A DNA stretch of 64,000 nt from a virus (Duplodnaviria > Caudoviricetes): positions 1,862-65,861 of IMG/VR virus record IMGVR_UViG_3300030060_008569. One strand, 5' to 3'. Shown here in pieces: positions 1 through 10,339 of this stretch. Under the pieces are notes generated by a model, which saw only the letters and a list, made by a program, of their open reading frames with translations, did no database searches and was not told the DNA's origin. A program made the translations under genes and the position numbers. Positions within the stretch are counted from its first letter, which is position 1. Each line of letters opens with the position of its first letter.

Positions 1-637
1 TGGTTCCCTTGCTGGTGAGGTTTTGCAGGATGTTCAGCCCTTGCTCTTGGGTAACTTCGCGGGAAGCCATCAGAGTGAAAGGGTTGTCAGCCTTGCCCAA
101 ATCCTCAAAGGCTTGGAGCGCATCCTCAACAGCGCGAACAATATTCTTCACGTTGAACTTGTTAGAGTGCTTGCAGGAAATGCCATGCTCCTTGTCGAGC
201 GTAGTCATTCCGTTGGTGCAAACCAAGCGCAACGCGCCGCCCATTGCAATAATGCGCTTTGTGGCGTTGAACGAGTTGTCCAAATCCATACGGAAGCCCA
301 GAGTGTCGCCCACTTTGGGAATCTCCACCTGAGTGTCCTTGAACTCGAAACGAGCCTTGAAACGCGCCCCGTTGTTCATAACGTAGTGGCTGGTTTTGGT
401 AGGCTCAAGGCCGAGGTCAGACAAGACGTTCAGCACGGGTTCCATCAGGTCGCGATTCTGAACCACGTTGTAGTCCTTGGAAACGCCGTCCTTCAAGTAG
501 CCTTTGTTTATCCCTTGGCGGTCAACGCGGCGGGTGGAGTATCCTCCCGTCCAGTCGCCTTCGGGGCCGTAGGTTTTGACCTTTTCTACTTCGTAGTTCC
601 AGTCAGAGGAGATAGGGGTTTTTGCTGTTCTAGACAT
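1..637 (-). CDS. DUF932/DUF945-family phage protein, 3' end runs off the window
   Basis: Manual translation from ATG at 637 (MSRTAKTP...) is open to the window edge. It contains DNSFNATK...GGALRLVCTNGM, the NS..G...R.VC.NG signature of DUF932. Promoter at 679-707. Absent from the ORF track because there is no stop in the window. Confidence 0.8.
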   Translation of the reverse strand, partial: MSRTAKTPISSDWNYEVEKVKTYGPEGDWTGGYSTRRVDRQGINKGYLKDGVSKDYNVVQNRDLMEPVLNVLSDLGLEPTKTSHYVMNNGARFKARFEFKDTQVEIPKVGDTLGFRMDLDNSFNATKRIIAMGGALRLVCTNGMTTLDKEHGISCKHSNKFNVKNIVRAVEDALQAFEDLGKADNPFTLMASREVTQEQGLNILQNLTSKGT

Positions 638-678
638 AATGTTTTTTTTCTTTTCTTTTCGTTGTTAAGTTATACCTT

Positions 679-707
679 AATATAGCACAGTTTTGGTGGT
701 TTGTCAA
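679..707 (-). promoter_or_regulatory. sigma-70-type early promoter
   Basis: Minus strand reads TTGACA-17 nt (ending TGC)-TATATT. Confidence 0.85.
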
Positions 708-1288
708 TAGCGTAAGACGATTTAATTGCAATTTTTTTCGCGGTACTCATCCCAATGCTTTTGCATTTCCCACGCTCCAAAATTTTTCTTGCTTTGATTC
801 ATCTGTTCGCGGCGTTCGTCGCGTTCCTTCTTGCGCTTACCCCACTCGCGCCACTGCTCTTTAGTCCAATTCTTTTTCCCACTCACAACCCAATACTAGC
901 ACACTTTTTGCTTGAAGTCAAGAATAAAAAAACCTAAATATATCCTTGACAAATTTTTCGGGGGGCAGCCCCCCCCTTGCGCGAAAGTCAAGTTAAAAAA
1001 GTCAATATATATACTTATTTGTAGTTATTTGGGGTATTATTTGTTTGTTATTTGTATATTGTTTATTTGTCAATGGATAAAGTGTTATTTGGGTGTAAAT
1101 AAAAAAGAAGGCCGCTGTGTTCAAAACAGGCAGTGTAAAGCCCGTGAGAGGTTCTCCCTCCCCTCTAATCAGCGACCCCCTTTAGGGATGTGGTGTTCAA
1201 CGCCCGTACTAGACTTACGGTGTGCAAGGCTCTCCCTTGCCTCTATTCCACTAGATTTAATAATTATACAAAGAGCAAATTATTTATT

Positions 1289-2371
1289 CTAATTTTTTTT
1301 GGGTATGAAGCCGTCAGGCATTGGGGTAGGTTTTGATAAAGATTTTGGCAATTTTAATCTCATTACTTTTTTAATTGCTTTTGTCTTTGTCTCTTCTACC
1401 TTGGCTACCTCTTTTACTTTGTCAAGCTCATCAAGGTAATCTTTACCCTTCTTGGTGATGGCGCGACCCGCAGTAGTAATCTGCATCAAGTCCATCTTCT
1501 GAAGGTACATCTCAAAGTCACGTTGCACACACGCCTTGGTAAGACCTGTCTTAGCAGCGAGGTGAGTGAGCGAGCAGTCCTTGACCTTGCCCAACTCACC
1601 GAGAATCTGAATCTCGATAGGTGAAAGGCCCAGAGGAGCAATCCCAAGCTCATGCTGAATCTTTGACCAATCAGCACGACTGAACGCCTTGCGACCCTCT
1701 GCCTTGAGGTAGACTGCCATGTTGTTTGCCATCTTCTGAGCAGCGCGAGCATTGCCGCGAAGCACCGTAGCAATCTCGTCGAGCAAACCATTGTCGAACT
1801 TGACACTAGGCAAGGTCAGGTTAACAATCTTACCCAACTCACTGAACGTGTACTCCTCAAGGTCAACACGCTCGCACCTATCCATCAACGCATGGAATAC
1901 AGTCTGAGCCTCGGTAGTGGCAAACATAAATGTATGGCGAGTAAAATCAAAATCTAATACATAATCATCATAAGAAAATGTAGTTTTATTCTCAGGGTTG
2001 GGGTTGAGTATGGTCAATAGTGCCATAGTAATGTCACGCGGTAGCTCGCTACACTCATCAAATAAGATAGTAGCTTCTTTGTGCTGAACGTGCGGGATAA
2101 GCACTTGGTTAACGAGTTGCTTGACATTCTTGAGTGTCGAGCAGTTAATCTCTAGGAAAGGCTTGGGCTTGGACTCGTCCTCCTCAGAGGTGAGCAACTT
2201 GCCCATCGCTTTGGCAAGGGTGGTTTTGCCGCAGCCCTTGGGCGCAACAAACATTAGGTGAGGGCAGATGCCTGTGGCGTTGTAGCCCTTGAGGTAAAAG
2301 TTGAGTCGGCGTTTTGCTTTGTCTTGACCGATTAGACCGTCGAATGGAACACTTTTGTCGTTGTTTTGCAT
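1289..2371 (-). CDS. ruvB: RuvB-like Holliday junction branch-migration AAA+ ATPase
   Basis: LIGQ, Walker A APKGCGKTT, Walker B LFDE, FATT...ALMDR, RGNAR, C-terminal winged helix FEMYL...ITTAGRAIT. Confidence 0.85.
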   Translation of the reverse strand: MQNNDKSVPFDGLIGQDKAKRRLNFYLKGYNATGICPHLMFVAPKGCGKTTLAKAMGKLLTSEEDESKPKPFLEINCSTLKNVKQLVNQVLIPHVQHKEATILFDECSELPRDITMALLTILNPNPENKTTFSYDDYVLDFDFTRHTFMFATTEAQTVFHALMDRCERVDLEEYTFSELGKIVNLTLPSVKFDNGLLDEIATVLRGNARAAQKMANNMAVYLKAEGRKAFSRADWSKIQHELGIAPLGLSPIEIQILGELGKVKDCSLTHLAAKTGLTKACVQRDFEMYLQKMDLMQITTAGRAITKKGKDYLDELDKVKEVAKVEETKTKAIKKVMRLKLPKSLSKPTPMPDGFIPKKN

Positions 2372-2377
2372 GATTCT

Positions 2378-2406
2378 AATATAGCACGTTTTTGCTGTCT
2401 TGTCAA
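2378..2406 (-). promoter_or_regulatory. sigma-70-type promoter, leaderless (ATG 6 nt after the -10 box)
   Basis: TTGACA agacagcaaaaacgtgc TATATT agaatc ATG. Confidence 0.85.
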
Positions 2407-2423
2407 ATCTTTTCTTAAATAAC

Positions 2424-2744
2424 TTACCAGTCGATTACCTCCGGTTTGTCATCGTTTAAATCGTGTGACTTTATTCCTACGTCTCCTTCTGGCTCTTCTG
2501 CAAGGTTGCTTACTTGCACATCTACTTGGGCAGAGTCGGCCACTACGTTTTGGGTGGTGGCATACACGCGCTCACCCTCCATAGATACTGGCTCGAACTT
2601 GAACCCGACACCAACCTGTTCGGCCCACCGTTTGTTGACCATTACAGTAGCATCTTTAGATAATAATGACATTAATTCTTGTAAAGATACACGGATACAA
2701 CTTGTAGCACCTTTCTTACGTCCTGAATTTCCTTTGCGTGGCAT
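2424..2744 (-). CDS. hypothetical protein with basic N-terminus and acidic C-terminus
   Basis: ORF; start reassigned to MPRKGNSG at 2744 because a TTGACA-17-TATATT promoter lies at 2754-2782. Confidence 0.7.
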   Translation of the reverse strand: MPRKGNSGRKKGATSCIRVSLQELMSLLSKDATVMVNKRWAEQVGVGFKFEPVSMEGERVYATTQNVVADSAQVDVQVSNLAEEPEGDVGIKSHDLNDDKPEVIDW

Positions 2745-2799
2745 AATATATATAATATAGCATACTTTTGGTGGGTTGTCAAGTAGTTTAGGCAAATAA

Positions 2800-3540
2800 A
2801 AAAAATTAAATACCTTAATATATATTCTAATAAGATTAAATAAACCTAATATTAATTAAATAAAGGCAAAAGAAATCAAATAAATAGCCCTAAATATATA
2901 AAAAATAATCTAATATTATTCGGCGCATTATTCTTATTGAATTGCCGGTGGCTCTCAGGCTTATTTGCGGCGAATATGACAAACTTCAAGTCTTTTATAT
3001 TATATTTATTTGGCAAAATATATGGCAAACTTGATTGAGTATTATTCTTATATTATTTCGGCCCTATACCACAAACTTGGCGACCATTTGTTTTAAAGTC
3101 AAGTAATTATTTGCAAAAATATCTGGCAAACTTCGCCCCATATTAAGAACTAAATATATATTATATTAAGACCATAATATTTCGCGGCCCTCCATTTATT
3201 TGGTTTTATTTCAATTAAACTTTGCATATATTTATTAATATTTATGTAGTTTTTTCTTGACCCACTCCCAAATATATATTAATATACCTAGAATCCAATA
3301 TAGGGGTAATAGTAAACGGGACATAATACAAATATAAATAGGTTTTTTTAATTATTTATTTGACTAAATATAAAAACTGGGTACACCCTTTGCCACACTT
3401 CGCTCCACCAAGCCCCACTAGATTATATATTAAAATTTAAATATAATTTCTATATATGTTCTTTATATTTGCCGTATAGTATTTGGGTATTGTGTATTAG
3501 TAAATAAAAGAAAAAGCCCCCTAAAAGGGACTCTTTTTGT
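2800..3540. other. long AT-rich non-coding region with short repeats (candidate origin or control region)
   Basis: No ORF >=60 aa; CAAACTT at 2980, 3026, 3072, 3127; many TTATTTG copies. Confidence 0.45.
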
Positions 3541-3789
3541 TTATTCTTCGGGTTCTTTAACTAGGAACAATGTCATTCTGATTGCACCGTAGAGTATTAT
3601 CAACCCTAGTATTAGTTCTCCCATATTTACCTTTCTTCTGGTTAAAATACATGGGGTTTTTGTATATCATCAGTTCCTTTCTTTTATATATTAGCAGGTT
3701 CGGTTTTATATATAAATAGAGTTAAATAAGTGAGAGGCGCGGCAGAACCTATAAACAACCAACGCCTCCCACTTTGGGCCTCCACCCTT

Positions 3790-4659
3790 TTAATCGTCAT
3801 CGCCGTAGCCGAGGTCTTTCTTGGCTTGTTCGTAGCCTTCGTTGTACGCCTCGGATTCTTCGTCGTCAGAGTACGGGTCGTTGAACTCGTTATATTCTTC
3901 CTCCTCATCATACTCGCCGTAGATGCCTTCGTCGAGAGGAGTCTCGATAGTCTCATGGAGTGCCACTACCTTGTATTTGGCAGTACGCAACTTCTGGCAG
4001 TCGCAATCCTTGGGTACGCTCACCACATCGGATGGGTCGATTTCAACCCGTAGCAGATGTCCACCGCCGTGGCTATATCCCTTGGCATACTCGTAGCTGC
4101 CAGCGTGGAAACCATAGCTGCAACCAACGTCAGCATCGTCGCACACTTGGTTACGCCTCATGCTCAAGGTTTGCCCAACCGAGTTGTCAAACTTACCAGA
4201 GTAATGGTCTTTGAAGTCGTGCTTCACACCCTTGTAGGCAATGAAGTTGCCATCTGGAGTGATGGGCATACTTTTATGCTCTAGGAACGTGTATAGCTCG
4301 TCGATAGCGCGTCTGGAGGGGTTGTTAGCCAATTTGCCAACAAAACGCACCAGAGGCTTATATGGGAGCTTATTCCGCATGAAATGGAGTATCTTGTCAA
4401 CCACTACCCCGTGCAGGGCTTCACGTTGACCGTCAGTAGTATAAAATACCGCGCCATCTTCGACAGATACGCCCGATTCATGGTCAAAATAGTCCTCGAC
4501 AGCCTTGGATTCGTCGAAAAGGTTAGGCAATGCGTCCCAATCTTCATTGTTGAGGGCATCTAGCGTAGCTTGCCAGTTAGCATTGTCGTTACGCATGGTG
4601 AGAGCTTTACCGTCGATTACGATAGTGAGGGAGTCGTCCGTTAGTATGTATGGGTTCAT
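3790..4659 (-). CDS. rIIB: rIIB-like protein
   Basis: NPS...ELY.FL, ITPDG.F.AYK.V, DD...CS.G.H, V.IDP.DVVS.P.D...KLR...Y.V motifs; acidic tail; own promoter at 4699-4727. Confidence 0.85.
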   Translation of the reverse strand: MNPYILTDDSLTIVIDGKALTMRNDNANWQATLDALNNEDWDALPNLFDESKAVEDYFDHESGVSVEDGAVFYTTDGQREALHGVVVDKILHFMRNKLPYKPLVRFVGKLANNPSRRAIDELYTFLEHKSMPITPDGNFIAYKGVKHDFKDHYSGKFDNSVGQTLSMRRNQVCDDADVGCSYGFHAGSYEYAKGYSHGGGHLLRVEIDPSDVVSVPKDCDCQKLRTAKYKVVALHETIETPLDEGIYGEYDEEEEYNEFNDPYSDDEESEAYNEGYEQAKKDLGYGDDD

Positions 4660-4744
4660 AATTTAGTTCTTTCTTCAGAGTTTGCTTTCTATATTACTAA
4701 TATAGCACATTTTTGGCTCTCTGTCAAGGACTTAATTAAGTTTT

Positions 4745-5245
4745 TTATACTTCGGGCGCATCATAACCTTCATTCAATTTGGTTACATGAGTATATTTAT
4801 TGCGTTTTTTGGAAGCTACTCCTGCCATGTTATTAATATTGTCGGGGTTGTTTATATCTACCATGAACATTTGAAAGGCGTGGTCATCTACTTGTTCGAC
4901 GATTCCAAACGCTTCTTTTGCGAATTGTTTTATCCATTCACGCGCTTGAAGCTGCGTTACATCTGAAGCTCTAATAAGTTTAAGTCTTTTTGCTAACTCT
5001 TTCTTGAAAGCGTTGTCTAATTCCAATGGACAATTATCTAATAAACTCAGTTTATTGGGGTCTTTTGCAATTTCACTTAAAACCCACATTGCCTCTTGGT
5101 TTCCTAATACAATTTTGTTTAATTTTGTACTAAAACTAAAGCGAGGTTTTTCTGGAATTTTTGAATATGGATTACCAAATGAATCTTCATTTTTGGTTTT
5201 CATTTGGTCGATAATTTTATCGTGATTATCTAAATTGTCTTTCAT
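4745..5245 (-). CDS. hypothetical protein between rIIA and rIIB
   Basis: 166-aa ORF, visibly more AT-rich than the flanking rII genes. Confidence 0.7.
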   Translation of the reverse strand: MKDNLDNHDKIIDQMKTKNEDSFGNPYSKIPEKPRFSFSTKLNKIVLGNQEAMWVLSEIAKDPNKLSLLDNCPLELDNAFKKELAKRLKLIRASDVTQLQAREWIKQFAKEAFGIVEQVDDHAFQMFMVDINNPDNINNMAGVASKKRNKYTHVTKLNEGYDAPEV

Positions 5246-5507
5246 AATAATTTAAAAAACTACTTTCCGCAGGAAAGAAGTAATAAACTTATTCATTTAT
5301 ACCTCCGCGATGCCATGCGTTAATAGTTTCATAAGATTTTACAGGCTTCTTAACAGTTTTTACACCTTTTTTCGGATACGAACGCTTCTTGGATTTGGAC
5401 TTTTTCATTTTTAGGTCTAAATATATTTTGCAAAGTTAAAAGGTTGACCCCTCCTGAACTGAAAAAGGAGGAGCCAACCGTGGCAGACGCGCTTTCTCGA
5501 TAACCCC

Positions 5508-7727
5508 TTAACGAGATGCGTCACAAACATCTACTACATTTATGTAATTAATCAACACCTTGTGATTCTTTTCTCGGTCACTGTCACGGTAGCAGTAAGC
5601 ATCGTACCAATTAATAATGTTAAGCATCGAGTATTTTTCAAGAACCTTCGTGAACCAATCGCTCAAATCGTAGGACGGTTCAGCATTGAACTTGATTTCG
5701 ATTTGCAGTCGGTCATCAATTAGTTCTTTCATGGCGAGCAATTCCTCGCGTTGCTTTTCTGTACCGTACATACGCTTGAAGTTTTTCATGCCCTCCAGTA
5801 CGAGACTATCCTTTGAAGCAAAGTCAGAGTCTTTGATACTTTCACGAACTCGCTCATGCAGTAGGTTGCTGTTATGATTGCAAGCATGGCTGAAGTCTAC
5901 GAACTTCTGTTCGATGTTGTTGGCGGCGAGATGGTTCTTAACCTCCTGTTCCATCCAAACATTTAGCTCGACCCAGCCCTTTGCAGCTTCAGGCTTTTCA
6001 CGCTTGGCAACCTTCCAAGCATAAACATTCTTTGGGAACTTCAGTCCGAGCTTTTCAAACTGAGCCTTCAAGTTACCGATGCGACGAGGTTCGTTGTAAC
6101 CGTAACGACTGGACGTAAACATTGGCTTGAACTTGTCGAGGATGACATAAACTCCTTCACCGCTCTCCAAGTCTACGCTGGCAGCTTTCCAGTAGTCGGA
6201 TGCCTTGTGATTCCATGATGAACCCTTGCACTCCCAATCATACTCGAAAGCAGGACTCGCTAGTTTTTTAGCGTGTTTACGTTCTTCGGCAGTAGCATTG
6301 CCTTTGGTGGTCGTGCTGCTACCGTAGAAATCTGACAATGGGCGTTTGTCCAACTCGGAGAGTTTTAACATTTCGCCATCGTACTTCTTCCGCCACTCTT
6401 TGCGAGCTTGAGGCTTTTCAAATTGCAGAAGGTAAACTTCCTTATTCTCCTCCATTGCCATGCCAAGCAGTCGGCCCAAGATGCCGCGACGATGGCCAAG
6501 GTCGTTCTCTACAATTACTACCTTACTATCGGCAGTAATGTTGCTCCAACCTTCTTCGAGACGGTAACGAATAGCACCGTGCCGACTTGGCTTTTTGAGT
6601 ACCCGCATATCGACATCACTTGGAATTGATACGCCAATACCTTCAATCGGCTTGCCTTTCCATTTGACATTCTCTTCGATAACCTCACGCAACTCATACA
6701 AGCCACTAGCGAAATCACGAACATCACCGAGCAACTGCTTTGCCGCCCAGAGGGTTGGCTTTTCAGCAAACTGCTTTTCAGCTTGAGCTACGATTCCATC
6801 TTTTACTTCACGCAGTTTTGCGATGAGAGTTTTACGAGTCGCCTCAGTGAACTGCAATTTCTCACGGGATGCAGAGATGTCCAAGTCACCGATGTCACAC
6901 TTCAAATGAAGATTACCCTTGACCATATCACTGAGTCCTTCGATGCGTTCTTCGTCAGTGAAGTTGAGGTCTTTGGCAGAGAACGGATAAGCAATGTTAC
7001 CCATGACCGCTTTCGGTTCTTCGTAGCGACTGCTCCACCTATCCCCATCATTCTTGAACCAAGTCCAGTTATCACCCATGAACATTGCTTTCTTCTGAGT
7101 GTATTCAAACTGGTTAGTACCCTTAATGGTTGGGGTAACTTTAAAATACCTAAATAAACCTTCGGCTTTACTAACGAACTCCTCGGTATCTTCTTCTCGT
7201 ACCGGAATAACAATCTCAATACCGTTTTCTTCGTCGGTCTTTTGAGTGCCTATCTTGGAGATTTGACCAACCTGAGATGGGTCGATGAATGCGTTCCAAA
7301 TGTGTTTCTCACCGTCGATGTAAGAATTAATCACAAAGTTATCACCGTATGCAAACGCTGACTTGGAACCAATGCCAAGCATACCTGTTTGCTCATTGGT
7401 GTTACGCTTGGTGGACTCACCATAAAATGCGTAGACATCGTGAATCTCTTCGTCGTTTAGTGCTGGCCCAAAGTCCCGCACCTTAAACTCTAGTTTTAAT
7501 TTAGATGGAAGAGTAACTTCAATCGGACGGTCGCCAATTCCTGCTTCTACATGAGCGTCAACCGCATTACATGAATACTCACGCAGCACCGCAGTAATCT
7601 TGTCAGAGTAAAGCTGATTGCGTAGTACGTTAAAGATGTGAGCAAGTCCGGTACTCTTGATTCCAAACTTTACGGAATCTTGTACGCCTTTGCTTTCGAG
7701 AGAGGTTTGATTTACATTAGGTTTCAT
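5508..7727 (-). CDS. rIIA: rIIA-like protein with N-terminal GHKL ATPase domain
   Basis: LYSDK..AVLRE..CNA.DAH, VRDFG, YGESTK, G.LGIGSKS.FAY, SRE.L; 739 aa; upstream of rIIB; promoter at 7770-7798. Confidence 0.85.
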   Translation of the reverse strand: MKPNVNQTSLESKGVQDSVKFGIKSTGLAHIFNVLRNQLYSDKITAVLREYSCNAVDAHVEAGIGDRPIEVTLPSKLKLEFKVRDFGPALNDEEIHDVYAFYGESTKRNTNEQTGMLGIGSKSAFAYGDNFVINSYIDGEKHIWNAFIDPSQVGQISKIGTQKTDEENGIEIVIPVREEDTEEFVSKAEGLFRYFKVTPTIKGTNQFEYTQKKAMFMGDNWTWFKNDGDRWSSRYEEPKAVMGNIAYPFSAKDLNFTDEERIEGLSDMVKGNLHLKCDIGDLDISASREKLQFTEATRKTLIAKLREVKDGIVAQAEKQFAEKPTLWAAKQLLGDVRDFASGLYELREVIEENVKWKGKPIEGIGVSIPSDVDMRVLKKPSRHGAIRYRLEEGWSNITADSKVVIVENDLGHRRGILGRLLGMAMEENKEVYLLQFEKPQARKEWRKKYDGEMLKLSELDKRPLSDFYGSSTTTKGNATAEERKHAKKLASPAFEYDWECKGSSWNHKASDYWKAASVDLESGEGVYVILDKFKPMFTSSRYGYNEPRRIGNLKAQFEKLGLKFPKNVYAWKVAKREKPEAAKGWVELNVWMEQEVKNHLAANNIEQKFVDFSHACNHNSNLLHERVRESIKDSDFASKDSLVLEGMKNFKRMYGTEKQREELLAMKELIDDRLQIEIKFNAEPSYDLSDWFTKVLEKYSMLNIINWYDAYCYRDSDREKNHKVLINYINVVDVCDASR

Positions 7728-7827
7728 GTTCAGTTCTTTCTATTAGGGGTTTGTCTTAACTATGTTTCTAATATAGCATAATTTTGCCTCCTTGTCAAAT
7801 ACTTTCTTAAAAAAGTTTTAAAATCTT

Positions 7828-8730
7828 TTACCATTTTGGTAAAAAGAAGTTTTCTCCATACAATTTACCCATAACAGTTCTTAATTTTCTCATGGCTTTA
7901 TATTGAATCTGTCTTATTCTTTCTCTTGAAACTCCGTAGCTTTTGGCAATATCTTCTAAAGTTTCTGGAGCTTTCCCGCCAAGGCCAAACCTTCTTCTAA
8001 TAATTTGCTTTTCTCTACCTTTTAATTTGTTTATAAATAAAGTTAAATGTTTAACATTATCATGGAATCCAGTAGTCTTATCTGGAGTTGTCATTTGATT
8101 ATCTTCTAACACATCTCCAAAAGTATCAGAATCAGAATCATCACCAAGGGGGGCGTCAACTGATTTTAAATTTAAAACGCCCCCATTAACTAAATCATTT
8201 ATAGTTTTTTTTGAAACACTTTTTTTTAATTCTTTATATATCTCATCCACTGAAGGCTCATTCCCAAACTCGCTTTTGTATTCACCAATGAATGTTTTAA
8301 TTTTTCCAATTTTACCTTGAGCTAAATGGTCTGGTATCCTAATAGTCCTAGATTTATTAGAAAGACATCTTCTTATTTTTTGTTTAATCCAAAGGGAAGC
8401 GTAAGTAGAAAATCTAGCACCGTTATTAACATCATATCTATCTACGGCATCAAGTAGTCCCATCGCACCTTCATTAATTAAATCTTCTGGCTCCATTCCA
8501 GCAAACTTATATTGATGCGCTATTTTAACAACCAATTTTAAATTATGTAATACTATTAGGTCGTAAGCCTCTTTACCTTCACGGCGTTGCTTTGAGCTAC
8601 AATTTCTCTTGTTCTTATTCCACTTGTTATATTTAATAAAAAGCTCATTTAATTCTTTAGTCTTAAAAACTTTTAATTCTCCAATCCTTCCGTGAAGCTG
8701 GTCGATTGCGTTTGTATATGTAGTGTGCAT
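7828..8730 (-). CDS. RNA polymerase sigma-70 family factor (RpoD/RpoS-like regions 2-4)
   Basis: NLKLVVKIA, DLINEGAMGL, RFSTYASLWIKQKI, SRTIRIP, TLEDIA..GVSRERIRQI; start set at MHTTY. Confidence 0.92.
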   Translation of the reverse strand: MHTTYTNAIDQLHGRIGELKVFKTKELNELFIKYNKWNKNKRNCSSKQRREGKEAYDLIVLHNLKLVVKIAHQYKFAGMEPEDLINEGAMGLLDAVDRYDVNNGARFSTYASLWIKQKIRRCLSNKSRTIRIPDHLAQGKIGKIKTFIGEYKSEFGNEPSVDEIYKELKKSVSKKTINDLVNGGVLNLKSVDAPLGDDSDSDTFGDVLEDNQMTTPDKTTGFHDNVKHLTLFINKLKGREKQIIRRRFGLGGKAPETLEDIAKSYGVSRERIRQIQYKAMRKLRTVMGKLYGENFFLPKW

Positions 8731-8738
8731 AATAAATT

Positions 8739-9035
8739 TTATTTTAAATCGTCTATTCCTTCTACTTGGTATCCGTCCCAATACCAAGTGCCGTCATATT
8801 CTTCCGATACTTTTCCTTTCTTGTCCATTCGGATATAAGAAAAATCTCCCGATACACCTTGGAAGCAGCCAAAATCCTGCAATGGTAAAGTTGCGATTTT
8901 AGGACTACCGTTATCGTAAGTGGCGTTAATGCAAGTTAAACGCGCATGAGTAGCGTGTTTTGGAGGGCGGGGTATGTCTACCGCCCAATCTGCTCTGCCC
9001 ACTGTTACAACGGGCTTCTTTTGAAATCTTGACAT
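8739..9035 (-). CDS. hypothetical protein
   Basis: ORF in a co-oriented gene run. Confidence 0.6.
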   Translation of the reverse strand: MSRFQKKPVVTVGRADWAVDIPRPPKHATHARLTCINATYDNGSPKIATLPLQDFGCFQGVSGDFSYIRMDKKGKVSEEYDGTWYWDGYQVEGIDDLK

Positions 9036-9177
9036 TAGTTAAATAACTCCTGTTCCTTTTTAGACCTTTTTATATTTGACTCGCTTAACAACATTACAAT
9101 CTCATATACTAAATACGCAAATGCTAACGGTACAACAGCGAACACCATTAAATATAATGGCAATATTAATAAGTAAC

Positions 9178-9862
9178 TCATCCAATAAAAACTTTCCCCG
9201 TCATCTGTTGGTAAATGGTTTTGTAATCGTCTAATACTAATAGAGTTCCCGCTCCTTTTGACAACTGTATTCTAGTGTGATTTTTTCCATCGGGCGAAAA
9301 TTTAATAATATGATTTTTATTTACGGTAAGTGGAGACGAGCTTTTATGTTCACCAAATATTTTTACCTCATTTAATGTTATGAATTCATTTTCCATTATT
9401 TTAATTCCTTTACTGTTCCATCTTCGCCAATTTCTAATCCACGATGCCGTTCCATTTCTTGTACGTCTAAATGATGAAAAGAATGATTGTATTTGTCATC
9501 TTGTTTCATCCATTCTTGCTCGATAAAAGACTTGAGAGCGCGACCTGTGGTATTATTATTAGCCTCTAGCATATTACAAAGGCGGTTGTAAACCTCATCT
9601 AATATTTCTCGGTCAGTCATTTCTTTTTCTCTTTCTTTAATTTACTCTTATCCTCTTCGCCGTATTTTTTACAAATTTTTTCCCAATCGCTGTCTTTTTT
9701 CTCATACTTATAGGGATTGCTCATGGAAACCTGCTCTACTGGCCGAATAGTACCACGATAGCTGCCATGAGTATTGGTTTTGTGGAGCTTGCTCATATTT
9801 TTGATTAAAACATATTTTTGATTTCGAGTCAAGGACTTTCTTCGTTTTCGTCTAGCAGCCAT
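9178..9862 (-). CDS. three abutting small hypothetical proteins (9178-9396, 9396-9620, 9617-9862)
   Basis: Overlapping stop/start codons, same strand. Confidence 0.6.
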
Positions 9863-10105
9863 GCAACTGCAACCATAGCGGCGAAAATTACTGCAAGATA
9901 AATTAAAGTCTCCATTTTTATTTAGGTCTATTTATATCTTTGTTTACCATTAGCTTCAAACTCTTGAGCTATTGCTGGACGTTCTCGTTCAATCATTTCC
10001 CGAATGTCTTGGCATCGGTCAAAGCATTGGTCAAGCGTAACTTGATTGGTTGTGAAGTCGGGGCATCTATCGTAGATTGCTTTAATTAATTCGTAGTTTC
10101 TCATA

Positions 10106-10339
10106 TTATCCTAAATAATCATTTTCTTCGGCATCGCCTTCGTTTGTGTCGCCATCTAAATCCCAATCGTCCATTGCAACTTGGACTGCCATTTCCATTG
10201 GGTCGTTTGGGTAGGTTCTAATGTGTGTTGCCAAGCTCCACGCAAACTCCGCTTGTAACCCCCAAGGCTTCGCTTTCTCAAGTCCTTGAGCAATGAGTTG
10301 AATGTCGTGTGGTCGTGCGCTATTTGAATTAGTTTTCAT
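10106..10339 (-). CDS. hypothetical protein
   Basis: ORF in a small-gene array. Confidence 0.55.
   Translation of the reverse strand: MKTNSNSARPHDIQLIAQGLEKAKPWGLQAEFAWSLATHIRTYPNDPMEMAVQVAMDDWDLDGDTNEGDAEENDYLG

Noticed and set aside
23-685. 220-aa plus-strand ORF (and 9-332)
   Set aside because: Antisense shadow of the minus-strand DUF932 gene, which has the family motif and a promoter
2980-3133. Periodic repeats as a possible CRISPR array
   Set aside because: The repeat core is only 7 nt with degenerate flanks, and there are no cas genes
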